A stretch of DNA of 64,000 nt, taken from an uncultured Pelagibacteraceae bacterium (GTDB lineage Bacteria > Pseudomonadota > Alphaproteobacteria > Pelagibacterales > AG-422-B15). Position 1 is the stretch's first letter; the number at the start of each line of letters is the position of its first letter. The stretch is from assembly GCA_902622985.1 (NCBI GenBank), contig CACNSH010000001.1:64036-128035 (forward strand). Direction: 5' to 3'. The notes beneath the pieces are model-generated. The model did no database searches. It saw only the letters and a program-made list of their open reading frames with translations, and was not told the DNA's origin. Made by a program: the position numbers and the translations under genes. Positions 10,389-20,379 of this stretch are shown piece by piece.

Positions 10389-10769
10389 CTAAAGTCCTTT
10401 TTTATTATTAATTAATATTCGATAAAGTTCTATAAAGTCATCAAGTTTTAAAATACAAAGCGAGTCCCCTGTTGCCTCTCGATTTCTTCTAGTTATAACA
10501 ACCGGCATTGAGTCTGATTTAGATGTTTCAATATTTTCGCAAACTTGTCTCATTGATTCATGAATTTTGAACTTTTCAGTTCTTTTAGCTTCAACGTATA
10601 TATGAGGAGTATTTTTTAAATCACTGCCTCCAGAAGATTTGATAGCGCCACCACCTGACAAAGGCATACGTTGAACTTTATCTTCTCCATTAAAAATTTT
10701 TTCATTGAAGTACTTCGCAAGCTCTCTCTCGTATCCATCACCTTTTCTTTTTGGAGAACTACCTGGCAT
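10389..10769 (-). CDS. Small PD-(D/E)XK nuclease-like protein (Hjc/VRR-NUC-like, putative junction resolvase)
   Basis: 126 aa. Ordered motif E (KGDGYERELAKYF) ... D (SGGSDLKN) ... E-x-K (YVEAKRTEKF), as in archaeal-type Hjc and VRR-NUC folds. Lies between yebC and tolQ. The functional call is inference only. Confidence 0.45.
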   Translation of the reverse strand: MPGSSPKRKGDGYERELAKYFNEKIFNGEDKVQRMPLSGGGAIKSSGGSDLKNTPHIYVEAKRTEKFKIHESMRQVCENIETSKSDSMPVVITRRNREATGDSLCILKLDDFIELYRILINNKKGL

Positions 10770-10836
10770 AAAGCGAATCAGAATTACTTAATAATTTAAG
10801 ATTAATTCATATAAATTTTTTTTGAAAGTGAATAAA

Positions 10837-11580
10837 TTAAGCAAACTTTGCTAATTCTTCGTCTGATGCCTCAAAATTTGAAAAGACCTGTTGAACGTCC
10901 TCATCATTATCAAGTTCATTGAGCAAGTTAATAAGGGATTTAAGTTTATCGCCCTCAATAGCTACATACGTAACAGGTTTCCATTGGAAACCTGATGATA
11001 CAGGCTCACCAAATTTTTTATCTAAATAATTATATAAATTTGATAGAGTTTCTGGCGTAGATACTGCTTCATAAGTATCTTCTTCGATAAAACAATCTTC
11101 AGCTCCACCCTCAATCGAAAAGTTGAAAAAATTTTCTTCGCTTGTCACATCTTTGTTATAACGCACAAAACCATAATGATTAAATGCATGGGAGACTGAA
11201 CCTGTTTCACCCATTGAACCTCCAAATTTTTGAAATGCAGATCTTACATTTGAAGCTGTTCTATTTCGATTATCCGTAAGTGCCTCGACAATTATTGACG
11301 TTCCGTTTGGGCCAAATCCTTCGTACCTCATTTGATCATAGTTAACAGTATCTTTATCCAAAGATTTTTTTATCGCTCTATCAATATTTTCCTTTGGGAA
11401 ACTTGAGGCTTTTGCTAATTGTATAGCTGATCTTAATCTCGCATTTTGATCAGGATCAGGCGCACCCAACTTAGCTGCTACCGTAATTTCCTTTGAAAGT
11501 TTAGAAAATAAACTAGCTCTCTTTTTATCTTGTGCACCTTTTCGGTACATAATGTTTTTAAATTTAGAGTGGCCTGCCAT
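10837..11580 (-). CDS. yebC: YebC/PmpR family DNA-binding transcriptional regulator
   Basis: MAGHSKFKNIMYRKGAQDKKRA N-terminus and full-length family pattern. Confidence 0.93.
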   Translation of the reverse strand: MAGHSKFKNIMYRKGAQDKKRASLFSKLSKEITVAAKLGAPDPDQNARLRSAIQLAKASSFPKENIDRAIKKSLDKDTVNYDQMRYEGFGPNGTSIIVEALTDNRNRTASNVRSAFQKFGGSMGETGSVSHAFNHYGFVRYNKDVTSEENFFNFSIEGGAEDCFIEEDTYEAVSTPETLSNLYNYLDKKFGEPVSSGFQWKPVTYVAIEGDKLKSLINLLNELDNDEDVQQVFSNFEASDEELAKFA

Positions 11581-12381
11581 TTAATTGCCGATTTTTCCTC
11601 CAATGCGGATTGAACTAATGCTTTTTGCTAAATAGTTTTCAGTATTTGATTCTATAATAACTCCACATAATGTTCCTTCGCCATCAGCCGGGGGTACCCT
11701 TTTTCGCTCAGTGTCTTGTGTAGCAAATTTTCTTACGAACTCCTCTTTTTTTGTACCAATAACTGAGTCATAGTCACCACACATTCCAGCGTCAGTTTGA
11801 TAAGCTGTTCCATGTTCCATAATTGTTGCATCTGCAGTTGGAACGTGAGTATGAGTTCCAACAACTGCTGTTACTCTTCCGTCAAGATGGTGTCCCATTG
11901 CCATTTTTTCACTTGTAGCTTCCGCGTGAAAATCAACAAATATAAATGATAGATCCTCAGTTTTTAAATTTTTAAGAACTTCTTCAATTTTAAAAAATGC
12001 ATTATCACACGATCTCATAAATAGATTCCCCATTAAATTTATTACCGCAATTTTTTGTCCATCTTCATGCATATAAGTATTTACACCTAAACCTGGGGAG
12101 CCTTCAGCAAAATTATAAGGTTTTAAAAGTTTATCATCTTTATCGATATAACTATTTATCTCTTTTTGATCCCACAAATGATTTCCAGTTGTGATTACAT
12201 TAACTCCATAAGAATATAATTCGTTGCATATTGGCTCTGTAATACCAAAGCCACCAGCGGAATTTTCCCCATTAGCAATAACAAAATCTATATTATTATT
12301 TTTAATAGCATCTGGTAGATGATCTCTCAAAGCATGTCTTCCAGATCGACCCATTACATCGCCTAAAAATAGAATTCTCAT
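11581..12381 (-). CDS. YmdB-like metallophosphoesterase (2',3'-cyclic-nucleotide phosphodiesterase family)
   Basis: MRILFLGDVMGRSGR, ANGENSAGGFGIT, TTGNHLWDQKE, GTHTHVPTAD motifs. Confidence 0.85.
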   Translation of the reverse strand: MRILFLGDVMGRSGRHALRDHLPDAIKNNNIDFVIANGENSAGGFGITEPICNELYSYGVNVITTGNHLWDQKEINSYIDKDDKLLKPYNFAEGSPGLGVNTYMHEDGQKIAVINLMGNLFMRSCDNAFFKIEEVLKNLKTEDLSFIFVDFHAEATSEKMAMGHHLDGRVTAVVGTHTHVPTADATIMEHGTAYQTDAGMCGDYDSVIGTKKEEFVRKFATQDTERKRVPPADGEGTLCGVIIESNTENYLAKSISSIRIGGKIGN

Positions 12382-12953
12382 TGAACTTTATATAAATGTT
12401 TTTCAGTTAAAATCCAATCAAGTCTTTCATCATGATCTTCGACAGGAATTTCTCTTACTTCTTGAAATGAAAATGCTATTCCTATTTTTTTTACATCACC
12501 AATACCATTCTTTGATAAATACTTATCATAATATCCACCCCCATACCCCAACCTAAGACCACTTTTGGAATAACCTAATAACGGTATTAAAATAATTTTT
12601 GGAAAGATAACTATATCTTTATTCTTAGGTTCTAAAATTGAAAATTTATTTTCTATTAGTTCAGTGTTTTTATGATACATGAAGAAATTAATTTCTTTAG
12701 TCTGAAAATCTATGGCTGGTAAAGCTAAATTAAGTTCTCTTTCAAGTAAATATTGGTTTAATTTTTTTGTATCTAATTCATCTCTGAAACTTATATAAGA
12801 TCCAATATATTCATTTTCTATTTCTTCTATGAGGGGCTTAATGTTATTAAGTATATTACTCTGAAAATCTATTGATGGACCAAGTTCTGAGCGTCGATTG
12901 ATTAAAAACTTTCTTAATGCTTCTTTTTCTCTCAGTTGCACACTTTTAATCAT
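12378..12953 (-). CDS. ygfA: 5-formyltetrahydrofolate cyclo-ligase
   Basis: C-terminal signature GLRLGYGGGYYDKYL and HDERLDWILTE. Adjacent to zapA as in many proteobacteria. Confidence 0.85.
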   Translation of the reverse strand: MIKSVQLREKEALRKFLINRRSELGPSIDFQSNILNNIKPLIEEIENEYIGSYISFRDELDTKKLNQYLLERELNLALPAIDFQTKEINFFMYHKNTELIENKFSILEPKNKDIVIFPKIILIPLLGYSKSGLRLGYGGGYYDKYLSKNGIGDVKKIGIAFSFQEVREIPVEDHDERLDWILTEKHLYKVQ

Positions 12954-12980
12954 CTATAAAATGAAATCTAATTTTTAAAA

Positions 12981-13343
12981 TTAGTTTATAAGAGACAAGC
13001 GTGATAATAAATCTGTTAATCTATCGTTGCTAATGTCTATATATTCCTGACTCTCTTTTTTCTGGTCAGTCAATTCTTTATCTTTTGAACCAATGTTTGC
13101 TTCAAGGGAATTTATTTTTTCAATATTTGTTACTAGTTTTTTATTTAGCTCATATATTTCATCTGCTATTAACAGTGAAGCCATTACCATTAATCTAGTT
13201 TCTCCAATTTTTCCAAATCTCTTAGTTAATTCTCTCACTTTATAGTCAATTTTTGAGCTTAAATGTTTAAGATGGTTTTCTTCACCTGGATCGCAGACAA
13301 TTGCGTAATCTTGATCATTAATATTTACAATTATTTCAGGCAT
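12981..13343 (-). CDS. zapA: Cell division protein ZapA
   Basis: N-terminal ZapA fold pattern (INDQDYAIVCDPGEENHL...RLMVMASLLIADE) followed by a coiled coil. Confidence 0.8.
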   Translation of the reverse strand: MPEIIVNINDQDYAIVCDPGEENHLKHLSSKIDYKVRELTKRFGKIGETRLMVMASLLIADEIYELNKKLVTNIEKINSLEANIGSKDKELTDQKKESQEYIDISNDRLTDLLSRLSLIN

Positions 13344-13346
13344 TGC

Positions 13347-13610
13347 TTAAGAGTCTAATATATCTTTTATGGTATAAATGTTTTCATCGAGTTGAGAAGA
13401 AATATTGCCTGCAATATTTTTAAGTTCCATAAAATCTGACTTAAGTATCTTAATTTCATTCTCTAGATGAGAGTTAATTTCTTGTAATTTTTGATTTTGC
13501 ACTTCCAAATCTGTCGCTCTTTGAGCCTTTTTTGTTAATTTTTCGATTTCCTCACTAAGTTTATCAATTACACCATTAAATTTAACTTTAGAATCTTGAT
13601 AACTCGACAT
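13347..13610 (-). CDS. Small coiled-coil protein (ZapB/DUF4164-like)
   Basis: 87 aa, heptad-rich (LEVQNQKLQEINSHLENEIKILK). Immediately upstream of zapA with a 3-nt gap. Function inferred from position only. Confidence 0.4.
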   Translation of the reverse strand: MSSYQDSKVKFNGVIDKLSEEIEKLTKKAQRATDLEVQNQKLQEINSHLENEIKILKSDFMELKNIAGNISSQLDENIYTIKDILDS

Positions 13611-13775
13611 TAAAACCCCTTGAAACTTTCATCGAGTTTAACTGTCTTTTTTGTTCTCAGTCAACTTATAATATTGGAAATAGACAGATTATTTTTTTGT
13701 TAATAATTTGCTAAAATTTAAGACTCTTTATAGATAATTGCTTATATTAAGCTCAAAATCCAATTTATTGATAAT

Positions 13776-15773
13776 ATGTCTAACAAAAAAGATCAGTCTG
13801 CAGTTACTCATGATGATTTAGCTAACGCAATAAGGTTTCTTTCAATCGATGCGGTTGAAAAAGCAAAAAGTGGTCACCCAGGTTTACCAATGGGTATGGC
13901 AGATGTAGCAACTGTTCTTTTTACGAAGTTTTTAAAATACAATCCTAATGTCCCAAGATGGCATGATAGAGATAGGTTCGTACTATCTGCTGGTCATGGA
14001 TCAATGCTTTTATACTCACTACTCTATCTTACCGGTCATAAAGATATGACTATTCAAGAGATCAAGAAATTTAGACAACTTGGTAGTAAATGTGCAGGTC
14101 ATCCAGAGTATGGGCACGCTAAAGGAATAGAAACGACGACTGGCCCACTTGGACAAGGTATAGGCAATGCAGTTGGAATGGCGTTAGCAGAAGAAATACT
14201 AAGAAGCCAATTTGGCGAAAAAATTATAAATCATTTCACTTACGTTATTGCAAGTGATGGAGATTTAATGGAGGGAATTTCTCATGAAGTCGCATCTTTT
14301 GCAGGACATCTAAAACTAAATAAATTAATTGTTTTTTTTGACGATAATGGAATTTCAATAGATGGGCCTGTTAAACTGGCAAACTCAGAAAATACGGCTG
14401 AAAGATTTAAAGCCTATGGATGGAATACAATTAAAATAAATGGTCACAAACCTAAAGAAATAATAGAGTCAATTAAGAAAGCTCAAAAATCTAAAAAACC
14501 TACATTAATTTCTTGTAAAACTAAAATTGGTTTTGGATCTCCAAACAAACAAGGAAAATCATCAGTTCATGGTTCACCACTTGGTGAGGATGAAGTAAAA
14601 CTTACTAGAACTAAACTGAATTGGCCACACAAACCATTTACAGTTCCAAAAAATATACATGAGGAGTGGAAAAATCTTAGTAAAAAATCAATAGATGCAT
14701 ATAAGGCTTGGAAATTGAATTATGAGAAACTTCCAAAAAGCAAAAAGGCTCACTACATAAGAAGAATCGAAGGAAAGCTTCCATTAAAATTAATTCAAAA
14801 CTTTAATCAGTTTAAGAAGAAATATATTAAGAAACCACTCGATGTTGCCACACGACAAGCATCAGAAATGGTAATTAATACAATTTCATCATCACTACCT
14901 GAATTGGTTGGAGGCTCAGCAGACTTGACAGGCTCTAACAATACCAAAGGTATTAAAATGGAAGTTATTAATTCTACAAATTACAATGGCAATTATATTT
15001 ACTATGGAATACGAGAGCACGGTATGGCTTCCATAATGAATGGATTGTCACTCCATAAAGGAATTATTCCATTTGGTGGAACCTTTTTAATTTTTTTAGA
15101 TTATTGTAAACCTTCTCTTCGTCTTGCAGCTTTAATGAAACAAAGAGCTATATATATATTAACACATGACTCAATCGGTCTTGGCGAAGATGGCCCAACG
15201 CATCAACCAATTGAACAGCTTGCATCATTAAGAGCAACGCCAAATGTAAAAGTCTTTAGACCTGCTGATTTAATTGAAACTGCGGAAGCATGGGAATTAG
15301 CGCTTTCAAATTCAAGGGGACCTAGTGTAATTGCGCTTACAAGGCAAAAACTTCCAATGATAAGAAAAAAGTATCATGCAAAAAATATTAGTGCTCAAGG
15401 AGCTTACGAATTAAAAAGTAATTCAAAAAAACCTAATATTTCTATTTTCGCGTCTGGCTCTGAAGTCGAAATTGCACTGCAATTAATGACTATGCTTGAA
15501 AAAAAGAAAAAGTTAGTGAGAGTCGTTTCAGTACCGTGCATGGAACAGTTTAAAATCCAAAGTAAAACGTATCAAAAAATAATTAGAGGAAACTCTGAAA
15601 TTAATGTCTCGATTGAGGCGGGAACTAATTTTGGGTGGAGCCAAGTATGCCCTGAAAATACAATAAACATCGGTATGAAAGATTTTGGAGCAAGTGCTCC
15701 TTATCAAAAGCTCTACGATTTTTATGGGATCACGGCAAAAAAAATATTCAAATTAATAAGTAAGAAAATATAG
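13776..15773 (+). CDS. tkt: Transketolase
   Basis: GHPGLPMGMADV, SAGHGSMLLYSLLYLTG, SDGDLMEGISHE, HDSIGLGEDGPTHQPIE motifs. Confidence 0.95.
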   Translation: MSNKKDQSAVTHDDLANAIRFLSIDAVEKAKSGHPGLPMGMADVATVLFTKFLKYNPNVPRWHDRDRFVLSAGHGSMLLYSLLYLTGHKDMTIQEIKKFRQLGSKCAGHPEYGHAKGIETTTGPLGQGIGNAVGMALAEEILRSQFGEKIINHFTYVIASDGDLMEGISHEVASFAGHLKLNKLIVFFDDNGISIDGPVKLANSENTAERFKAYGWNTIKINGHKPKEIIESIKKAQKSKKPTLISCKTKIGFGSPNKQGKSSVHGSPLGEDEVKLTRTKLNWPHKPFTVPKNIHEEWKNLSKKSIDAYKAWKLNYEKLPKSKKAHYIRRIEGKLPLKLIQNFNQFKKKYIKKPLDVATRQASEMVINTISSSLPELVGGSADLTGSNNTKGIKMEVINSTNYNGNYIYYGIREHGMASIMNGLSLHKGIIPFGGTFLIFLDYCKPSLRLAALMKQRAIYILTHDSIGLGEDGPTHQPIEQLASLRATPNVKVFRPADLIETAEAWELALSNSRGPSVIALTRQKLPMIRKKYHAKNISAQGAYELKSNSKKPNISIFASGSEVEIALQLMTMLEKKKKLVRVVSVPCMEQFKIQSKTYQKIIRGNSEINVSIEAGTNFGWSQVCPENTINIGMKDFGASAPYQKLYDFYGITAKKIFKLISKKI

Positions 15774-15785
15774 GAGATACTAAAT

Positions 15786-16796
15786 ATGGCTGTAAATGTT
15801 GCAATAAGTGGATTTGGAAGAATTGGTAGGTTGGTTTTAAGATCAATCATTGAGAGTAAAAGAAAAGATATTAATGTCGTGGCTATAAACGATTTAGCCC
15901 CAATAGAAACAAACGCATTTTTACTTGCAAATGATACTGTTCACGGCCCTCTTAATGAAAAGGTATCGTTCAAACGCAATAAAATGATCGTTGGCAGAAA
16001 AAATATTACAGTATTGAATCAGAGAGATCCTCAAAAACTTCCTTGGAAAAGAATGAAAATTGACGTCGCTCTTGAATGCACTGGATTATTTACTTCTAAA
16101 GATAAGGCGGCAATGCATATTATGGCCGGTGCAAAAAAGGTTTTAGTCTCAGCGCCATGTACAAATGCTGATAAAACGATTGTATATGGAGTGAATGAAG
16201 ATGAGATAACAAAAGAAGACCTAGTTGTATCTAATGCGTCTTGCACGACAAATTGTTTAGCTCCTGTTGCAAAAGTTTTACACGATAAATTCAAAATTCT
16301 GCATGGATATATGACAACTATACATGCCTTTACTGGTGACCAAAGTGTTCTGGATACATTTCACTCAGACTTAAGAAGAGCTCGAGCTGCGTCATTATCA
16401 ATGATACCTACATCTACAGGGGCTGCAAAAGCAGTAGGACTCGTTATGCCTGAGCTTTCTGGTAAGTTAGATGGAACAGCAATTAGAGTACCAACACCTA
16501 ATGTTTCATTAATTGACTTTAAATTTGTTTCTAAAAAAAGAATGACAGTCGATAGTATTAATAAGGCTATGTCGGCTGCAGCAAAATCAAATAAGCTGAA
16601 TGGAGTCCTAGATGTAAATTCTAAACCATTGGTTTCATCTGATTTTAATCATAATCCTGCTTCGTCAAATTTTGATTTAACACAAACACAAGTAATTGAT
16701 GGAAAGTTTGGAAGAGTTTTAAGTTGGTATGATAATGAATGGGGCTTTTCAAATCGAATGTGTGATACTGCAGTTGCGATGAAAAGATCTAGATAG
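15786..16796 (+). CDS. gap: Glyceraldehyde-3-phosphate dehydrogenase
   Basis: GFGRIGRLVLR Rossmann motif, catalytic SNASCTTNCLAP, WYDNEWGFSNR. Confidence 0.95.
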   Translation: MAVNVAISGFGRIGRLVLRSIIESKRKDINVVAINDLAPIETNAFLLANDTVHGPLNEKVSFKRNKMIVGRKNITVLNQRDPQKLPWKRMKIDVALECTGLFTSKDKAAMHIMAGAKKVLVSAPCTNADKTIVYGVNEDEITKEDLVVSNASCTTNCLAPVAKVLHDKFKILHGYMTTIHAFTGDQSVLDTFHSDLRRARAASLSMIPTSTGAAKAVGLVMPELSGKLDGTAIRVPTPNVSLIDFKFVSKKRMTVDSINKAMSAAAKSNKLNGVLDVNSKPLVSSDFNHNPASSNFDLTQTQVIDGKFGRVLSWYDNEWGFSNRMCDTAVAMKRSR

Positions 16797-16797
16797 A

Positions 16798-17994
16798 ATG
16801 TTAAATGTTAAAGCTCTAAAAACATTTGATCAGAAAAATAAAACCGTACTTATTCGCTTTGACCTAAATATTCCGCTCAATAAAGAAGCCTCTACAATAA
16901 GCGATCGGATAACGAGAATTAAAAATCCAATACAAAACCTTCTTAATAAGAATAATAAAGTTGTAATTCTGTCTCATCTAGGAAGACCAAAGGGAAAAAG
17001 AAATGATGAGCTTTCACTTAATCAAATAATAAGCTCATTAGAAAACGTATTGCAAAAAAAAATAATATTTCTTTCAAATTGTATAGGGGATGAGATTGAA
17101 AAAAAAATAAATTCTTTAAGCCAGGATTCAATTATTCTTCTGGAAAATTGCCGTTTTCATGAAGGCGAAGAGCAAAATGATAAATTTTTTGCATCCGAGC
17201 TATCAAAATTAGCAGACGTTTATATTAATGATGCTTTTGCATGCTCTCATAGAGCTCACGCCTCAATTGAAGCAATTACAAACTTCATACCATCTTATTG
17301 TGGAGAATTATTACATGAAGAAATATTAAACTTAAATGATGTAGTTAATAACCCTAAAACTCCTGCATTAACTATCATTGGTGGCTCAAAAATCTCTACA
17401 AAAATTACAGTTATTAAAAATCTCTTGCAAAAAATGGACTCAATTGTCATTGCTGGTGGGATGGCTAATAATTTTCTTAAATATTTAGGAAATGATGTAA
17501 AAAATTCATTGATTGAAAATGATGTAGATCACCTCGTAAAAGAAATTATTAATTTTGCAAATGAGCAAAAATGTAAGCTAATTTTACCTTTGGATGTCGT
17601 CACAGCTGAGAAAGTATCTGAAACTACAGAAATAAACGAATGTGCAGTTGATGCTGTAAAAGATAATCAAATGATTTTAGATATTGGAAAACAAACTATC
17701 GAGTTGATCAAGAATGAAATTTCGAATTGTGAAACAGTATTTTGGAATGGACCAGTGGGTGTCTTTGAAACTAAACCATTTCATAAAGGCACATTCGAGA
17801 TCGCTAAATTCATTGCTGAAATTACTGATAAAAATAGTCTTCGATCTTTTGCTGGGGGTGGTGATACAATTTCCGCGCTGGATACGGCGGCTGTTAAAGA
17901 TAAATTTTCTTATGTTTCTACTGGCGGAGGAGCTCTACTTGAGCTAATAGAAGGTAAGAAATTGCCGGGTTTAGTTGCCTTAGGAGCTTTATAA
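16798..17994 (+). CDS. pgk: Phosphoglycerate kinase
   Basis: RFDLNIPL, LSHLGRPKG, NDAFACSHRAHAS, WNGPVGVFE, GGGDT motifs. Confidence 0.95.
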   Translation: MLNVKALKTFDQKNKTVLIRFDLNIPLNKEASTISDRITRIKNPIQNLLNKNNKVVILSHLGRPKGKRNDELSLNQIISSLENVLQKKIIFLSNCIGDEIEKKINSLSQDSIILLENCRFHEGEEQNDKFFASELSKLADVYINDAFACSHRAHASIEAITNFIPSYCGELLHEEILNLNDVVNNPKTPALTIIGGSKISTKITVIKNLLQKMDSIVIAGGMANNFLKYLGNDVKNSLIENDVDHLVKEIINFANEQKCKLILPLDVVTAEKVSETTEINECAVDAVKDNQMILDIGKQTIELIKNEISNCETVFWNGPVGVFETKPFHKGTFEIAKFIAEITDKNSLRSFAGGGDTISALDTAAVKDKFSYVSTGGGALLELIEGKKLPGLVALGAL

Positions 17995-18007
17995 AAAGGA
18001 GAAGAAA

Positions 18008-19021
18008 ATGATACCAAAGACTTTAGAAGAGATAGCAAATTACATTGTCAGTGACGGCAAAGGAATTCTGGCAGCCGATGAAAGTTCAGGAACTATTGAG
18101 AAACGATTCAAATCAATTAATGTTGAGTCTACCGAAGATAATAGAAGAAAGTATAGAGAAATGTTATTTAGATCTCCGGTCATGGCGGAGGCAATTGGCG
18201 GAGTGATACTTTTTGACGAAACTCTCAGACAAAAGTCCAGTGATGGAGACTATTTAAGAAATGTTATACTTGATCACGGCTCACTACCGGGAATTAAAGT
18301 TGATCAAGGAGTAAAAGAGTTTGAAGGTGGTAGTGATGAAAAAATTACTACAGGATTAGACGGACTTCATGAACGCTGTCAAGAGTACGAGAAGCTTGGA
18401 GCGAAATTTACAAAATGGAGGGCTGTTATAAATGTAAGTGATGAAATACCATCAAACAATTGTATAAGCGAAAATATGAATGCATTAGCTGAATATGCGC
18501 TCATTGCTCAACAAAACAATATGGTTCCGATTGTTGAGCCTGAGGTTATTATGGATGGGTCCCACTCTGTGGAAAGGTGTCATGAGGTTACCAATCAAAC
18601 ACTATTAGTATTGTTTGAAATGCTTGATAAAAAAAATGTCAATATTAAAGGAACTCTTCTTAAACCAAATATGGTTGTATCCGGAACAGAAAATAACTAC
18701 CAAGCTCCCATTGAAGAAGTTGCAGAAAAAACACTTCAATGTCTCAAATCATCTGTTCCAAATGAATTACCTGGAATTGTTTTTTTATCTGGTGGTCAGT
18801 CAGACCTAGATGCAACAGCTCATCTCGATGCAATGAATAAAATAGGTGGCTTCAAATGGAAGCTGAGTTTTTCTTATGGAAGAGCTTTGCAACAAGCGGC
18901 TCTCAAAACTTGGGCTGGCGAAGATGACAATCTTGAAGCGGCACAAAAAGCTTTTAGCCATAGAGCTGTAATGAATATGAGGGCTGCACAAGGTCAATGG
19001 GATAAATCTCTCGAAGGTTAA
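18008..19021 (+). CDS. fba: Fructose-bisphosphate aldolase, class I
   Basis: GKGILAADESSGTIEKRF, Schiff-base region LLKPNMV, FLSGGQS, SFSYGRALQ. Confidence 0.9.
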   Translation: MIPKTLEEIANYIVSDGKGILAADESSGTIEKRFKSINVESTEDNRRKYREMLFRSPVMAEAIGGVILFDETLRQKSSDGDYLRNVILDHGSLPGIKVDQGVKEFEGGSDEKITTGLDGLHERCQEYEKLGAKFTKWRAVINVSDEIPSNNCISENMNALAEYALIAQQNNMVPIVEPEVIMDGSHSVERCHEVTNQTLLVLFEMLDKKNVNIKGTLLKPNMVVSGTENNYQAPIEEVAEKTLQCLKSSVPNELPGIVFLSGGQSDLDATAHLDAMNKIGGFKWKLSFSYGRALQQAALKTWAGEDDNLEAAQKAFSHRAVMNMRAAQGQWDKSLEG

Positions 19022-19027
19022 GAAAAA

Positions 19028-19591
19028 ATGAAAATTAATGGAAATGCTGTTAAACCAGGAATGATAGTTGAACACAAGGGAGAATTGTGGGTTGTGAATA
19101 AATCACAGTCTGTAAAACCTGGTAAAGGTGGTGCATTTAATCAAGTTGAAATGAAAAATATTAAAACTAGTACGAAATTAAATGAACGTTTCAGAGCATC
19201 AGAAGAAGTAGAGAGGGTTAGAGTGGATGAAGAAAAGTATCAGTATCTGTACAAGCAAGATAAAAAACTTTTCTTTATGAACAGTACTTCATATGAACAA
19301 ATTGAAATTGATGAGGAAATAGTTGGAGAAAAGCTAGTTTTAATGAGTGAAAATGATGAGGTCATCTTAGAAATGTATAATGAAAAGCCAATAGGAATTC
19401 AACTTCCTAAAACCTTATCTTTTATTGTCAATGAAACAGAAGCTGTTGTTAAAGGACAAACAGCCGCTTCATCGAACAAGCCTGCCATTCTTGAAAATGG
19501 TATTAGAGTAATGGTTCCACCTTTTATAGAACAGGGTGAAAAGATAGAAATTAATACTGAGGACCTATCATATTCAAAAAGAGTTGACTAA
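19028..19591 (+). CDS. efp: Elongation factor P
   Basis: KPGKGGAFNQVEMKN loop and full-length EF-P pattern. Confidence 0.95.
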   Translation: MKINGNAVKPGMIVEHKGELWVVNKSQSVKPGKGGAFNQVEMKNIKTSTKLNERFRASEEVERVRVDEEKYQYLYKQDKKLFFMNSTSYEQIEIDEEIVGEKLVLMSENDEVILEMYNEKPIGIQLPKTLSFIVNETEAVVKGQTAASSNKPAILENGIRVMVPPFIEQGEKIEINTEDLSYSKRVD

Positions 19592-20379
19592 TGAGCTACT
19601 CAGACCCTTATATCAATGCGATTTTTTTAGCTTGTAGAAAAACTAGTAAAAGCCTTATTCGGGATTTTGGAGAAGTTGAAAAACTTCAAGTGTCTCTTAA
19701 AGGTGTCTCTGATTTTGTATCATTAGCAGACACAAAAGCTGAAAAAATGTTGATTAAAGAACTAACTTATTCATATCCTAAAATAAATATAATTGCTGAA
19801 GAAACAGGTGTTATAAAAAATTCTGATGAAAATATTAGATGGATTATTGATCCCCTTGATGGCACAAGCAACTTTGTTTTTAGCATTCCACACTTTTCGA
19901 TATCAATTGCGCTTGAAAAGAATGACGAGGTAATAGTTGGAGGTGTATATCAACCGCTTACTGATGAATTCTTTTGGGCAGTTAAAGGAAGGGGCGCCTA
20001 CTGTAATAATCTGAGACTCAGAGTGTCATCAAAAGAAAACCTTGAAGACTGTATGATTGGTACAGGCATTCCTCATAAAGGTATGAAAGGTCATGAAGAA
20101 TATGTTCCTGGGTTAAAGCAAGTTATGGAAAAAGTATGCGGCATTAGAAGATTTGGCGCAGCATCACTCGACTTAGCTTATGTGGCTTCAGGAAAATTTG
20201 ATGGATATTGGGAAAAAAATTTAAAATTGGTTGATATTGCAGCTGGCTCATTAATTGTAAAAGAAGCCGGAGGAAAAGTAACTGATTTTGATGGAAAAGA
20301 AGACTATCTCAAAAGTGGAAGAATATTAGCATCTAATTTTAGAATACATGAAAAGCTTAAAAAAATAATTGAATTATAA
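19591..20379 (+). CDS. suhB: Inositol monophosphatase family protein (SuhB-like)
   Basis: EE...WIIDPLDGTSNF, RRFGAASLDLAYVASG motifs. Confidence 0.85.
   Translation: MSYSDPYINAIFLACRKTSKSLIRDFGEVEKLQVSLKGVSDFVSLADTKAEKMLIKELTYSYPKINIIAEETGVIKNSDENIRWIIDPLDGTSNFVFSIPHFSISIALEKNDEVIVGGVYQPLTDEFFWAVKGRGAYCNNLRLRVSSKENLEDCMIGTGIPHKGMKGHEEYVPGLKQVMEKVCGIRRFGAASLDLAYVASGKFDGYWEKNLKLVDIAAGSLIVKEAGGKVTDFDGKEDYLKSGRILASNFRIHEKLKKIIEL

Noticed and set aside
12954-12980. Expected 6S RNA (ssrS) between zapA and the 5-formyl-THF cyclo-ligase gene, as in E. coli.
   Set aside because: Only 27 nt separate the two genes, far too short for a roughly 180-nt 6S RNA. If present, it must be elsewhere.
13611-13775. 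Possible replication origin at the strand switch, with all genes to the left on the minus strand and the next eight on the plus strand.
   Set aside because: The spacer is only 165 nt. I found no TTATCCACA-like DnaA boxes, and no dnaA, dnaN, parAB or hemE nearby. A simple divergent promoter region explains it better.
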